64,000 bases of DNA from Auanema rhodensis (Eukaryota > Animalia > Nematoda), in assembly GCA_964057225.1 (NCBI GenBank), contig OZ059896.1:8804001-8868000 (forward strand). Direction: 5' to 3'. Positions 1-14,500 of the stretch are shown here, piece after piece; the stretch's first letter is position 1; every line of letters starts with the position of its first letter. Under the pieces are notes generated by a model. It had not been told where the DNA came from. It saw only the letters and a program-made list of their open reading frames with translations, and ran no database searches. Made by a program: the position numbers and the translations under genes.

Positions 1-556
1 TTGTAGGATAGTTGGGTTTCCTATATAACTTTCGAGCATAATTACCCTTCTTTCCCGGTTTTCCTGATTTGCCAGGTGAGCCAGGCCATCCATCTTTCCC
101 AGGTGAACCTGGAGGTCCCGGAGGACAGGTATTTCTTCCAGAAGAACAGGAAGCACAAATATCATTAGATCGTTTCTTACGTCCTAGTATGGCATCTAAC
201 TCTTTGCTAGCTTTTTGAATTCCGAATCCATTATTAGTTCGGATCATCTCACGCCAAGCATCATCAGCAAAAGTCTACAAAACAAGAAAATTTAAATAAA
301 ATATAAATTATACATATATATGCATATAGTTAATAATAAAATTATAATTAAGTATTTGTTATAATTAAATAAATTAAGAAAATAAATAAAAAAATTTTTT
401 TTAAAAACTCACACGGAAATCAATCATATCCATCATTACATCATCATATAGTTTATTCATTTGTGTGAATATAGATATAAGCATTGTCATTGCCAATGCA
501 ATGACAATACCAGATGCCACGCATCCGGCTATCACGAGTGTTCGAGTAGCTGACAT
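1..556 (-). CDS. Nematode cuticular collagen, 5' part (exons 413-556 and 1-274; runs off the window edge)
   Basis: MSATRTLVIAGCVASGIVIALAMTMLISIF (Col_cuticle_N-type TM segment), phase-0 intron 275-412, furin site RKKRS, C-x-x-C-x6-C then Gly-X-Y (GPPGSPGKDGWPGSPGKSGKPGKKG). Confidence 0.93.
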
Positions 557-1751
557 ATCAGCTACTCGAGAAAAGAATTCAGAATGAACTATCCGAAAAC
601 AATAATGTTTCTTCACTGCTTTTAAAGCATTTTCAAATACGGATGTGAGATTTTTAAGTTTTTTCAACTTGTGATTTTCTCGATTCATTCATCAGTTTTT
701 TAGATTATAAAAAGTAGTCGCTATCGGGTAACCCCTGAACTGATGGGACGTTTTTCATTCATTTACAAGCAGTATTCAAGATTTTCGATGAAAATATTCA
801 AATATTTTCATTATTCTTTCAAAGAATTTAATATGAAAATGAGAAATAACGAGAAATATATCGAGGGAAAAGTGAAAGGAAAAAAAATGATCTGACAACA
901 CTTTAAATAGATCATTCAACATCACTTGTGATCCGATTTTGGTGACGACATTCTTTTGGTATTTGATTTATAACAATGATATCATTTGCTTTATTGTATA
1001 TTTCTTATAACTATATTATTATTATTACATTTAAATTATTTTTTAAAAAAAGTTTTATTCAAAACTAAATTATTATTATTATAATTCATCTCCATATTAT
1101 TATAATTTATCACAGAGATTGGCACTACAATATAAGGAAAGAAATTATTTGTTTATTCATTTGTTGTTGTTTTTGTTGTTGTTGTTGAACAAATTTTTGA
1201 AAAAAAAATTGGATAAGAGCTGATGAAAAAGAAAAAAAAATTAATATAAGCTCCTAAATACATATAACAATTTAAATTAATTTTTTTATAAAACATTTTG
1301 TTTATTATTTAAGTAAATATAAATAAAAATGACTTGCAATTGAGAAAAACCGGTATGTAGTCAAAGATTTCCTATACTCAGAATAGATATACACAGAAAA
1401 AGTCAAAATTTTAGACAAAAAAAAAATTAAAATAGTGGATCTGAGATCAAGCTGAATAATGCTAGAAGGGTAGGATGTGATGAATGATCTTTTAAAGAAA
1501 ATGGGCTATGCCCAAAAAAAATTTCACAAAATCTCGCTGTTGGGTATAAAGCTTATATGGTTCTTTAGGAATGTTTGCATAAGATCATTAAAACTTGAAG
1601 CATTTTACTATGCCTAAACCTAAGCTTTGGGAGAGATTTTTGAATATTTTTGAATAAAAAGAAACTAAAAACTCTCTTTCTTTCATCTATATTTGAATTA
1701 TTAAAGAAATATAATTAAAGCCTAACTATAATGATTTGGAAATCATATTGT

Positions 1752-2296
1752 TTAGACTGTTTTTAAGGTTGCAAGTTGTTGTTTTAAGGATTTGATGATG
1801 TTGTCTTGTTCAATCAGCTGACGACGAAGAGCGTCATTCTCACGAATCAATGCTTCTTTTGCTTCATCTTCATTATGAGCTGTTTCCTAAATTATATATT
1901 ATTATTATTATTATTATAAAATATTTATTATACTAACCTGTTCAACAAATTGACGAAGTTGTTGAAGTTGAGCTTTAATATCTTTAACTTCATTTAATCC
2001 TTGATCCAAATTACAATGAATAGAAGATTGACATTGAACATTTGATGTATAAAAAGGTGTTATAACACTAAACAAAATATAATAAATTATAATATTATTC
2101 TATTCTTATTGAAATTTTAAATATTTTTGTTAATCTATGTGCTTAGAAGATGAAACACAGACGGCGATTGTATAAAGAAAGGAACAACACAGGCACGTTA
2201 ACCCCAATCGAATCGCTTGTTCTGTTCGGTGTTGTATATACATATATGAATGTAAATATTGCTATTGTTACTATTGCTTTTTCAAGATTAACATGT

Positions 2297-2346
<50 letters not shown>

Positions 2347-5115
2347 CCTCTCTCTCTTTCTCTCTCTCTCTCTTTCTCTCTCTCTAGTTAGAAAAAAAAG
2401 CTTCGAAATGAATAATAGTAACAGTTGCAGTAGATATACATATAAATACTTAAATGTAATATATATTTAATTTCAAATATAATATAAAAATATTTAATTT
2501 ATAAATTACTTTTTATCATTTTTTCTGATTGAAACAAAAATTTATTTTATATTTGATTTCAAGTTGGGACTGTGTAATATGTACAAATATTGACAACAAT
2601 TCCAACACTTTTTGAATGACAGCTTAGCCGGATTCCGGTCAAAATTCAGGAAAACGCAGAAACAAATCATGTTTGATTTTAAAAAAAAGAAAAATATCAA
2701 TATATTTCATACATTATATAGTTAAGAAGAAAGAATATAAAATTAATTATTTTAAAGTGAATACCTTTGAGCTGGACGTGTATTTCCATTATCAGAGCGA
2801 CGAGTTCTAAAATATAAACATATAATTTAAAAAAGGAATTATTATTATAAAATTAATTTGTTTATAATTTAATTTAATAAAATTTCTGACCTTTGTTTAC
2901 AACATGATAGAAATTGGGTAAATTTCCAAAATTGATTATCATGAAGCATGGAAATGACGTCAAGGGGGACTTCAAGAAGTTAAATACGGTTTGTGGGATA
3001 GGGAATTGAAAAGGATTTAACAATACAATGATGGAAATGAGAAAGAGGGTGGAGGGGGGGGGGGTTGAGGATCAGAGTCAGCGAAAAAGAGAATTTGAAA
3101 TATCATAATCTAGATTTGGATAATAAATGATAGATAGGGATAATAAAGAGAAAATGAATTAGAAACAAAGATGAAAATAATGTTTTTTCAGTTCAAAATA
3201 ATTTTTAAATTAAAAAAAAAACATTTTTATTTTATTTTTAAATAAAAGAATTATATATATTTATATATAAATATAATTAAATTAAAAATTAATGAAATTA
3301 AAAAATAATGTTAATGATGATCATGACTGATTAAATTAAAAACTTCTTATCAGCCAATTGACCTCGATTTGAAATGAAATGAAAGAATTTGAAGAAAATT
3401 GTGTCCATTTAAAGAAATATAATTGTTGAAATATAATAATATTAAAGAAAATATATAGTTAAAATCAAATAATTTTTGTTAAGAAGTAATAACACTTACC
3501 TTATAGCTCGTATAACGTTTGCTAAGAAACAATCAGCCATTCTATGTAAATGGTGATGATGATGATGATGAGTTTGAAAGAATTTTATGAAGAAAGTTTG
3601 AGAGAGAAATAGAAAGAGAGTGAGTGTGTGAGAAAGAGAAACAGAGAAACAGAATTGTCGTTCGAATTGAGAAGATGGAAAGAATAAAGGAAATAGGAAA
3701 ACGATGGGGTGGAGTAAAATGGACGGTGAAACTGGAGATGAAGAAGTGAATACAGTCTCGACTGAGAGAAACAGAAAGATACTGAACGTATAGATATATG
3801 TACATACGTATGTATATATAAGAAATAAAGAGAGAAAATGAGAAATTATTTAATTTAAATATTTGGAATTTATGAAATTTGGGGGAAAAAATAAAAAAAT
3901 AAAGAAAAATTGGAAAGTTCATACATATGTATATAATAAAATATTTAAATTATTAAGAATATTTATATTTTTTAATATAAATAATATAATTATTCCTGTT
4001 TTTCTTTTTTTTAAAGTAATATTCTTATTTTTTTCTTCAGAAAAATATACAAATACCTATTCATATCTATTACAGAAAATGAAATATTTTGTATTTGTTG
4101 TCCTTCATAGTCATAATTATTTCAAAAAAATCATAAAATATTCAAAATAGAACTCACATTGGTGATGGAATGGTTGGAACAGACGTTGATGGAATAATAG
4201 TTGGATGAGCTACTCCTGTCAATGCTGACGAATCAACTTCTTCAGCAAAGGAACGATCGATTGAAATGAGAGTAGCTTTTTCAGCTTCAAATGCTTCCAT
4301 ATGACGGACGGCTGATAGACGGTCCATGGATTCTGAGTGAGAAAATGTGTCTCCGACGAGCATCGGCTGGTCTCTGAAATAAGTATTATGTTATAATTAA
4401 TTAAAAAATTAAAGTTTGCTATTGAATTAAATATTAGAATATGTCATTTGCAATATCTCCTAAAGCATATTCCATGAAGTTTGCAACTTAGAATATAGAA
4501 AATGGAAAGAAAATAGCATAAGTTTGAAAACTATTTTATTATATTAATTATAATATTTTGCATATAGTTAAGTTTAAAACTCAAAACTTACAATATTTCA
4601 TCATCTATTAAACCTTTGTCATGATCATGATGACGTCCTAGCAATGGTGAAGCTACACTTCGATCATAACCTATAAACAAACATATAAAAGTAATAAAAT
4701 CAATAATATTCAAAGTTTTTTCTCTCAAAATTCTTTATTTTCTCTAAATCTATATTAGAAATTGATTTTAAAAAAGGATTGCTTGAAGATTATTTGGAGA
4801 ACGAATGCATACAGCAGTATGAGCTTAAACCTACAGGTGATTCTTCTTCGATTCATATTTGGTCAAAATTCAGAAAATGGGTGGGGGTATGGGAAGATGC
4901 TCTGTTATGGTTGCCGGAATGAAGGGTGAATCTTAGAATAACAGAATGAGTCACGCGAAGCAAAGTCCGACTAAGGGATAGAACTAAGTGACTTAGATGC
5001 GTAGCAGGTCCTCAGAATGCTGAATAAAGCCGAAGGCTAGAGAGCAGAGGATAAAAAGAATGAGATGAAGAGAAGAGACTAGTTTGCAGAGGAAATAAGA
5101 AAGAGAAAGAGAAAA

Positions 5116-5165
<50 letters not shown>

Positions 5166-5532
5166 GAGAGGAGGCGGAGTTGTGGTTCATTTGCCGTGCA
5201 CTGGCAAGGATTCTGCTTGTGAAGAAGACTACGGATGGCGTCTATTGAATTTAAAGCTGGGCCACAGAAGAAGGAGACGACTGACAAAGTATAGTTAGAT
5301 GAGAGATATACAATGGAATAGAAGAGACAGCTAAAGAGCTCAAGGAAATTGGGATGAAAGAAAATCCAAATAAGCGAAACTAGAGAGCATAATCTTGAAA
5401 TGCTGACAGAAATGGCTGAAAGATAATTAGAGTAGAACATCTACCATCATCGCTTTTCATGTCCATCTCTGGTTTCTTCAGTAGTTTCAAGTACTTTCCA
5501 TCATAGTGTAGTTACATGTACATAGCAAGTCG

Positions 5533-5565
<33 letters not shown>

Positions 5566-8500
5566 TCTGGCTCGCTCATGGTTATGAACACTTGTATCGA
5601 ACATATTCTTCTAATTCCATATACACAAATTTGAAATATTAATTAATTTATAATATTATACATATATTTATCTATTTATGTGAAAATTTAGAGTAAAATA
5701 TATGTTTTAACTATTCAGTAAATAACTTACTACTACTGTTCAAATTTCCATTTCCATCACTTTCTTCTTTAATTGTTTGAGCAAACGTTTGATCACCAAA
5801 TCTAGAAATATGATATATAAAGATTAAAAGGCAAATTTCCAATAAAGAAATTGAAACCTTCTTCTACTCCACGGACTATTATTCCATTTATCGAATGTTA
5901 ATGGATGATTTTCTACCATCGGAGAATTTTCTACAACAGTTGATTCAAATTCAGCCAACGGAGCACGAGGAGAACTAAATATATTTAAATTTTAAACAAA
6001 ACTATTTTAATTTTAGTTTTAAAGAAAAGAAAAGTATTACTTGAAAGATATATCCATTGCTGGTCGAGATGATGAGAAGGGCATGGACTTTGGTGGTGCT
6101 GATCCCTGCAAAAACATTTTTATTATATGAATATGTGTATAATATTAATTTATTTTTTAAAAAAAATATTTAAACATAGAAAGTTTTCAATTGTATTCAG
6201 TTTCGTAAGTTGAAATTAGAATGAAAAGGTGGAGATGGGAAGAGGAACAAGAAAATCCATTAAGAACCTAAAAACGATGCTTCGCCTCTGGCCCATTCGG
6301 CATCATCTAAGTCTACTTGAGAAAAAAACAAACGAGAGAAGATGATGAAAGATTGTAATGAGGTTGTCCGTGAATGGCGTTTCTCATACATATACTATTA
6401 TACATTCATGCATCAAATAAAGTTTTTGTATAAAGAGCTTAAAACTTTATGAAACTTATGCGTTAAATTTGTGAAAAAAAGCTTTACCAGTAACATGAAG
6501 TTTCAATGTTGTGTCATATTCAATATAATTTTTATTATATTTTTAAGATGAATAAACTCTAATTTTTATAAATAAAATTTTATTTATATATAGATAAATA
6601 GATATATATATATGTATGTATTTACATATGTATCATCAAAATTTGTTATAATATTATGTAAATATATAGTAAACTATACTATAACATATAATATTATTTT
6701 TTAAAGAATAGAATATTTTATTTAAATCAATTTTTAATCCTTAGATTAATGTATAAACATAAAGTTTCCATATTTTAATCCTTTATAGTCCATCAAAAAA
6801 GACAGAAAGAGATCTTTTGTCAGATAGATTGCTAACGATGATAAGATACTTCTTTTTCTTTTTTTTCCCACGAGATTCATGTAAAAAAAAAGATTTTAAC
6901 TTATGTATTTCTTGACAAAGTGAATGATACATTTTAGAATTGCAGATTCATATCAGATTCGTTTTAAACATTTTTTCGGGGAAAATCATTATCTACTAAC
7001 CTTCTGATGACGGCGTTCTGAACGTCTGAAGAACGATGGAGCAAACATCCTTCCGGCACTACGAAGTGATCTAAGAAGTCTATTTTGAAAATTTAAAAGT
7101 TAAAATCGAAAAAGTTGTATGGCTTGAAGCAGAAGACAAGCAACTATTTCCTTTTTTTCGGAAATCTAATTAGTACAAGCTAAAGCAGAAGCAGCCTTGA
7201 TCAGAGATGCTTGACCGAAGTTAATAGAAAAAACTTTTTTCGCACTAACTTCGAAGAATATTAATTTTGAGTCCTTTCTGTCTCATTTGAACAGAAAGTT
7301 CATTTTAAGTTCAAAAATAACAAATAACGGAGCTTACCGTGTAGCTAATGGAATCTTAGCTGGTTTATCTTTTTCTTCTCGTTTCTTATCAGCCTATAAC
7401 ATATAATAAATAATTAAATTCTAACATATACTGAATACCTTAGCAGCTAATTTCCTTTCTCTTTTCGATAATTCTTTTGTTGATGACATGCTTGATGATG
7501 TTGATATTTCCGGACGAGATTCTGATGATTTAATTGGTGATGTAGATTTAGATGATGTAATAGCTCGTGGAGGTGATGGAGCACAAAATACAGGTGGACG
7601 ATCTTCTATATTATATATTTATAATTTTTTTTATAAAATAAATTATATATAATTACCTCGTCTGATGATTACTTCTTCAGGTATAGGGGATGCACGTATA
7701 TGAATACTTTTCAATGGCAGAAGTATTTCGCCAGCTTCATCTTCAGAAGGAGTTTGTTGAGTATCCATAGGAATTTCTTCTTCTGGAGATGTCATTTCTC
7801 CCTAAAACATTATTCAATTATTCGTGTTAATTCATTGTTTTATCAAATTTCTTACCGATATTGTACTCATTTTACGTTCGGCTCGATCACTTTGACTATT
7901 TTCACGAATACCTTCCAAATGAAGAGATGATGGATCTGGTCGACGTTCCAATGACATAGCTGGGCTACGTCGTCCCATAACAAAGAGGGTTGTTCGTTCA
8001 GGTGAGAATGATGTTTCTTTTCCACTTGATGATGACTTCATTATCAATTCTTCTTCGTCAGGAATGACATCACCACGTGGGCCGCGACGTGTCATCAGAG
8101 GAGTTGTTGCTGTCAACACATACATGTCAGAAGGCTTCATACGTGGTCTCGGAATATCTTCCTCATCATCAGTTGTATCAGCAACCTCTGGTGAATGAAT
8201 TTTCTCAGTGATGGCAAACTTATTGAATTTCTTCATAGCAATTGGAGTTGTAGCAGTCAACACGAATCGTTCCGGTGATCTCACTACCTCATCTTCATAA
8301 GGTGATTTGGATCGGTCAGCAGCAGTGAAAGTTGAAGAAGTTTTAAGTTTTTCTTTTTTAACCCGTGTTACTTCTCTTCCACGTTGTAAATCGGTGTAAT
8401 CACTCTTTGATGTAGGAATATCTGCTGTTTGCTTATTCTCAACCACAAAAGTTCGGAACTTGCGTATAGCCAATGGCGTTCGGCTTGTTAAGATGAATCT

Positions 8501-11500
8501 GAAATAAACAAAGTTATATTAAAATAATTTGAAAATCAGAATTCTTACTTTTCAACTGGCTTTTCATCGTCGTAAGCTTTAATTAACTTTCTGGGCTCTT
8601 CTGATTTCGTTCTCTGTTTATGCGCTAATGGCCCTACTGTAGCTATTGGCTCTGTGAGTTCCCCCTCTTCTATCCATGGCACATCTGGACTTGGTGGCCT
8701 TTCCCCGATAACAAAGGTATGATGTCTGCGAAGTGTTAAAGGTGTTTTTGTGACAAGTACAAAACGTTCACACGGAGTTGCATCCGTTTCCGGAGACGAT
8801 CGTTGACGAACAATTTTCTTTGTCTTTCGCATTACCTTTGGTGAAGCAACATCAGCAGTAGTTGCAACTTCCGCCATTTCAAGCTTCGGTTCAGCATCAC
8901 CAACGACGAACGTCTGATGTTTCCTAGACGTCAATGGAGTCTTAGCAATCATGACGTATCGTTCAGGGCTTCGTGGTTCTTCCGGAGATGGAGATCGAAC
9001 TTTCCTTTCTTTCTTGGGTGACACGATGGCTTCTAATGTGGTTACAGCTTCAGCAACTTCCACCTTCGGTTCAGCATCACCGACGACGAAAGTCTGATGT
9101 TTCCTAGACGTCAATGGAGTCTTAGCAATCATGACGTATCGTTCAGGGCTTCGTGGTTCTTCTGGAGAAGGTGATCGGACTTTCTTTTCCTTTTTGGGTG
9201 ACACAATCGCTTCTACTGTGGTTACAGCTTCAGCGACTTCGAGCTTGGGTTCAGCATCGCCGACGACGAACGTCTTGTGTTCTGGGGAAGCGATTGGTGT
9301 CTTAGAAATCATGACGTATCGTTCAGGACTTCGTGGCTCTTCTGGCGAAGGTGATCGGACTTTCTTTTCCTTTTTGGGTGACACAATTGCTTCTACTGTG
9401 GTTACAGCTTCAGCGACTTCGAGCTTGGGTTCAGCATCACCGACGACGAACGTCTGATGTTTTCTAGATGTCAATGGAGTCTTAGCAATCATGACGTATC
9501 GTTCAGGGCTTCGAGGTTCTTCTGGAGAAGGTGATCGGACTTTCTTTTCCTTTTTGGGTGACACAATCGCTTCTACTGTGGTTACAGCTTCAGCGACTTC
9601 GAGCTTGGGTTCAGCATCGCCGACGACGAACGTCTGATGTTTTCTAGACGTCAAAGGAGTCTTAGCAATCATGACGTATCGTTCAGGGCTTCGTGGTTCT
9701 TCTGGAGAAGGTGATCGGACTTTCTTTTCCTTTTTGGGTGACACAATCGCTTCTACTGTGGTTACAGCTTCAGCGACTTCGAGCTTGGGTTCAGCATCAC
9801 CGACTACGAACGTCTGATGTTTTCTAGATGTCAATGGAGTCTTAGCAATCATGACGTATCGTTCAGGGCTTCGAGGTTCTTCTGGAGAAGGTGATCGGAC
9901 TTTCTTTTCCTTTTTGGGTGACACAATCGCTTCTACTTTGGTTACAGCTTCAGCGACTTCGAGCTTGGGTTCAGCATCGCCGACGACGAACGTCTGATGT
10001 TTTCTAGACGTCAAAGGAGTCTTAGCAATCATGACGTATCGTTCAGGGCTTCGTGGTTCTTCTGGAGAAGGTGATCGGACTTTCTTTTCCTTTTTAGGTG
10101 ACACAATCGCTTCTACTGTGGTTACAGCTTCAGCGACTTCGAGCTTGGGTTCAGCATCACCGACGACGAACGTCTGATGTTTCCTAGACGTCAATGGAGT
10201 CTTAGCAATCATGACGTATCGTTCAGGGCTTCGTGGTTCTTCCGGAGATGGAGATCGAACTTTCCTTTCTTTCTTGGGTGACACGATGGCTTCTAATGTG
10301 GTTACAGCTTCAGCAACTTCTAGCTTAGGTTCAGCATCGCCAACGACGAACGTCTTGTGTTCTGGGGAAGCGATTGGTGTCTTAGAAATCATGACGTATC
10401 GTTCAGGACTTCGTGGTTCTTCTGGAGAAGGTGATCGGACTTTCTTTTCCTTTTTAGGTGACACGATGGCTTCTGCTGTGGTTACAGCTTCAGCAACTTC
10501 GAGCTTAGGTTCAGCATCGCCGACGACGAACGTCTTGTGCTCTGGGGAAGCGATTGGTGTCTTAGAAATCATGACGTATCGTTCAGGACTTCGTGGTTCT
10601 TCTGGAGAAGGTAATCGGACTTTCTTTTCTTTTTTGGGTGGCACGATGGCTTCTACTGTGGTTACAGCTTCAGCCACTTCGAGCTTGGGTTCCGCATCGC
10701 CGACCACGAACGTCTGATGTTTTCTAGAAGTTAATGGAGTCTTAGCAATCATGACGTATCGTTCAGGGCTTCGTGGTTCTTCTGGAGAAGGTAATCGGAC
10801 TTTCTTTTCTTTTTTGGGTGACACGATGGCTTCTAATGTGGTTACAGCTTCAGCAACTTCCACCTTCGGTTCAGCATCACCAACGACGAACGTCTGATGT
10901 TTCCTAGACGTCAATGGAGTCTTAGCAATCATGACGTATCGTTCAGGGCTCCGTGGTTCTTCTGGAGAAGGTGATCGAACTTTCTTTTCTTTCTTGGGTG
11001 ACACGATGGCTTCTAATGTGGTTACAGCTTCAGCAACTTCCATCTTCGGTTCAGCATCACCGACGACGAACGTCTGATGTTTTCTAGATGTCAATGGAGT
11101 CTTAGCAATCATGACGTATCGTTGAGAACCCCTGAAGTCTTCTAGGGATATATCTCGCTTCTTTTTTTCTTTTGGTTTTCTTTCTAGAGATATTGATTTC
11201 CTTAATTTCGTTTTAGGCTCTGATTCACCTATTACAAACGTCTGATGTTTTTGAGATAGTTGTAAAGGTGTTTTAGTAACTAATATAAATCGCTCTGGAG
11301 ATTTGGCGTCTTCCATTGATTTTGACCGAGGGGTTCTCATCTTTTTCGTCTTTTTCCTACTTTCCAGGATCACTTTTTCTGTCTCAGAAATCGGTTCTGA
11401 TTCCCCAATAACGAAGGTACGATGGCGGCGTAATGCTTCCGGAGTTTTGACTGTCATGATGAAGCGTTGTTGGATAGGTTGTTCTTCTGATTTAGATCTT

Positions 11501-14500
11501 TTCATCTTGTCCGCTCTTGAATATGTTGGAACAGTTGGCTTGAATGGAAGTTCCTCCTTCTCCGAAACGATCTTCTCAGAATGATCATCAGCTTTTCCTT
11601 CTTCATTATAAACAGTGGTAGTTGTTGTTATTGTTGTTGTAGTCGTCGTTGTCATACCATCTTGACGGTTAGTAGCTTGTAAAACTTGACGTGTTGTTGT
11701 TGTTGTTGTTTTCGAATCGGATGTCATTGGAGCATTTGATTCAACAGATTTACCTATTGAAGCACAACTATTCTCTTTATCACCAGGAGATTCAACTATA
11801 GGCGACGGCTGAAAGTATAATGTACTGAAGTTGTTGAAGATTCAATAGAAACTAACCGACACACATATTGGTTCCATACTAAACGAAACACTCAATGGAA
11901 TTTGATTTCGTTTTTCAGCTTTCAGAACAACTTCATTAGTAGGTTTACTAAAACAAAGTTTTATAATAATATTTTAGTTTTCTTTAATTAATTATATGAA
12001 ATTTTTAGTTTTTATAGCTTAATTGAGAAATTACTGATTCATTAGTTAAAGTCATTTCAACTTCAATTTAGTCTCATCGAAACTCATCAATCAGTCCTAG
12101 CTAAAGCATCTAGCACGGCTGCTTCTCTTGAGTTCAATTCATCATCAATTGGCAGGAAAGGAACTATCAAACCAAAGTTTGAGTTTGACCAACTCCCATG
12201 AGACAAACTGCAGGAATCACTCCCTCCTTCTAACGCTTTCTCTCTCTCTCTCTCTCTCTCTCCTCTTTCACTATTGTTATCTATCTTTCTTGCAATACAT
12301 ACATACATATGAATGAATGAATATATCTCAATTGTTTTCCCGAAGATTTCTGATCATTTCAAAATACATTTAATTTAATTAAAATTTTGTGTTTGAAAAA
12401 TGTTTTTCTACTTTTCTCACCTTTCAACTATTTCCAGGACTTCATTTTCTGGTGTTTGTAAAGTTGACACAGGGGACATTGTCATTTCTGATTCAATGTC
12501 CTTTGATTTCTCCATAGATTCAACTTCCTCTACAATAGCTTCTGATTCTATAAGAAGAATATATAAAAATATATTTGATTTCTATTCAAATATACCATTT
12601 GATGATTCAACTACTTGAAGCTTCTGCTGTACAATTGTTAAATCATTATTTTTCAGATGATTATCATATTGTGACTCATCATCACTAAATAATGGTTCAG
12701 GATTCTGTGGAATAATAACCTAAAATGAAAAAATTAAAGTTTTTATTCAAAAATTTAATCTTACTTTTGATGTTGATGGAAGATCTGATGATAACTTTAC
12801 ATCCATTGATGATGATTTGATGACACGATTAGCATTCTCATCTATTCTTTTTGGTGGAACTTTACTCTTTGGTGTTGGCCGAAAACTGGAAAAAAAAATT
12901 TTTTTTTATCATCGTAAACGAATTTCATATAACGAACCCAGAAAAGCTTTGACTTGTCTTAATGGAATTGCTACGTTCAGTTGAATTTGATCGACTTCTT
13001 ATTCGTGTCAGCTTCGATAACTTATTTCGAACTGAATGAGCAACGCTCATCAAGGGGCTCAATGGAGCTGATGGGTTGGAAGCCGAAGATTTTTCTATTC
13101 CTGATTTTGATGTTCCCATGGTATTTCCTCGTTTTTCCCGACGACGACCTCCACTGGCTGCAGTTGTTGCGCTGACGTTGTTATTAGAAACGTCACAACT
13201 ACTTGGAGTATTAGCAGTAGTATTATTAGTACTCAATCGAGGAATCTGCAAAAATAAAGATTTAAAAGGGTGAAAAATAAAATTAAAATCATGGCTGATG
13301 ATCAAAGTTTTTTGAGAAAATAATTAAGGAAAAATCCTCCTGAAAAGCTTTTCAAAGTGCAATTTCAAGTTTTAAGTTTAATATTAAGTTTTAAATAAAA
13401 TAATTTTTAAATATAAGTTATATAATGATAAGCAGCGATTGAATAAAATATTTTATCTATACGATTAGAGTCATAAAACGAATTCTAATAGTATATTCTG
13501 AATATGTCATATATGTATATGCTTTAATCCACATGCTATGACTATGACATCTTTTGAATAGCTTTCACCCATCCATCCACTATTTCTCTTTCTAACAATT
13601 CTCATTGCTCTTTCTTTGTCTCTAAGTCAAATTAACTATTCATATAACTATTTTAACTAGAAAAGAATTATATAAAACTTTCAAAAAAAAAAACTAAATT
13701 TTTCATAAAATTATGAGAATATTTGCTTTATTTAAGGAATTGCTGTAAATATAATCTAATTTTATGCAAATAAAATGCAAAAAAAAGATAAAGATGCTTG
13801 AGAATATATAGAGAAATAGAAAATTCTAAAATATAAAAAAAGATTTTCAAAAAAAGCAGAAAAAGTAATTTAAAATTGGAATAAGAAGGAACGAAATAAT
13901 AATTATAAGAAAGATATACATATGTAGATTCCAATATTAAAACTTAGAATTAAAGAAAAATTATATGAAATATCCAAGATTTGAGAATATCCAAGGCTTA
14001 TTCTTTAAAAGATTTCAGACAAAAATAAGGAATTGAATAACATAAGAAATCTTTGAAAGGTTTTCTTTTGTTTTTGATATCAGCGCTTGTCTCCACATGC
14101 TTGATTTGAAAAAAAAATGTTTCTCAAGCTAGAATATGCACAATGCAATCAATAAAGTTTTTTCCAGGATTTAGTTGTCACATCCTTCTTAGAAAGAAGT
14201 GAAGAAAAAAAAAGTATTTGAAATGAGGAGATGAATATAAGAATTTTCTTATAAAAATATATTTTTAAAGTTTTTTTTAGCTAAAATAATATAAATGATA
14301 TAGTTAATTAATAAAATATTTGTAAAATACAAAAATGAATACTGCTGAGCTGAATCAGTCTAGTGGATGAAAATTCGAAAGGCTTCCGATATAGACAATA
14401 GAATAGAGGGTGGTTTTCAGGGAACAAACGGCACTTGGCATCTAGTCATTTATATCTGAATTCATCCCTCGGGGTTACAGATTCGCGACACGACGAAGCT

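Noticed and set aside
21-45. Apparent 25-nt GT-AG intron in the collagen
   Set aside because: Frame is open through it (GKKGNYARKLYRKPNYPT), a normal Gly-X-Y interruption
1612-1625. GCCTAAACCTAAGC telomere-like sequence as a DNA-elimination or telomere-addition site
   Set aside because: Two degenerate units only, no array or palindromic break motif; expected by chance
2150-5440. ORFs rich in SLSLSL or F/I/L (2150, 3542, 3863, 4993, 5012; likewise 19360, 21278, 24376, 35192)
   Set aside because: Produced by CT/GA/TA microsatellites and AT-rich intron sequence
8880-11122. CRISPR or satellite interpretation of the array
   Set aside because: No unique spacers; in-frame unit with mostly synonymous variation inside a spliced exon
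9131-11584. Plus-strand ORFs across the 180-bp repeat
   Set aside because: Antisense shadows of the minus-strand coding repeat
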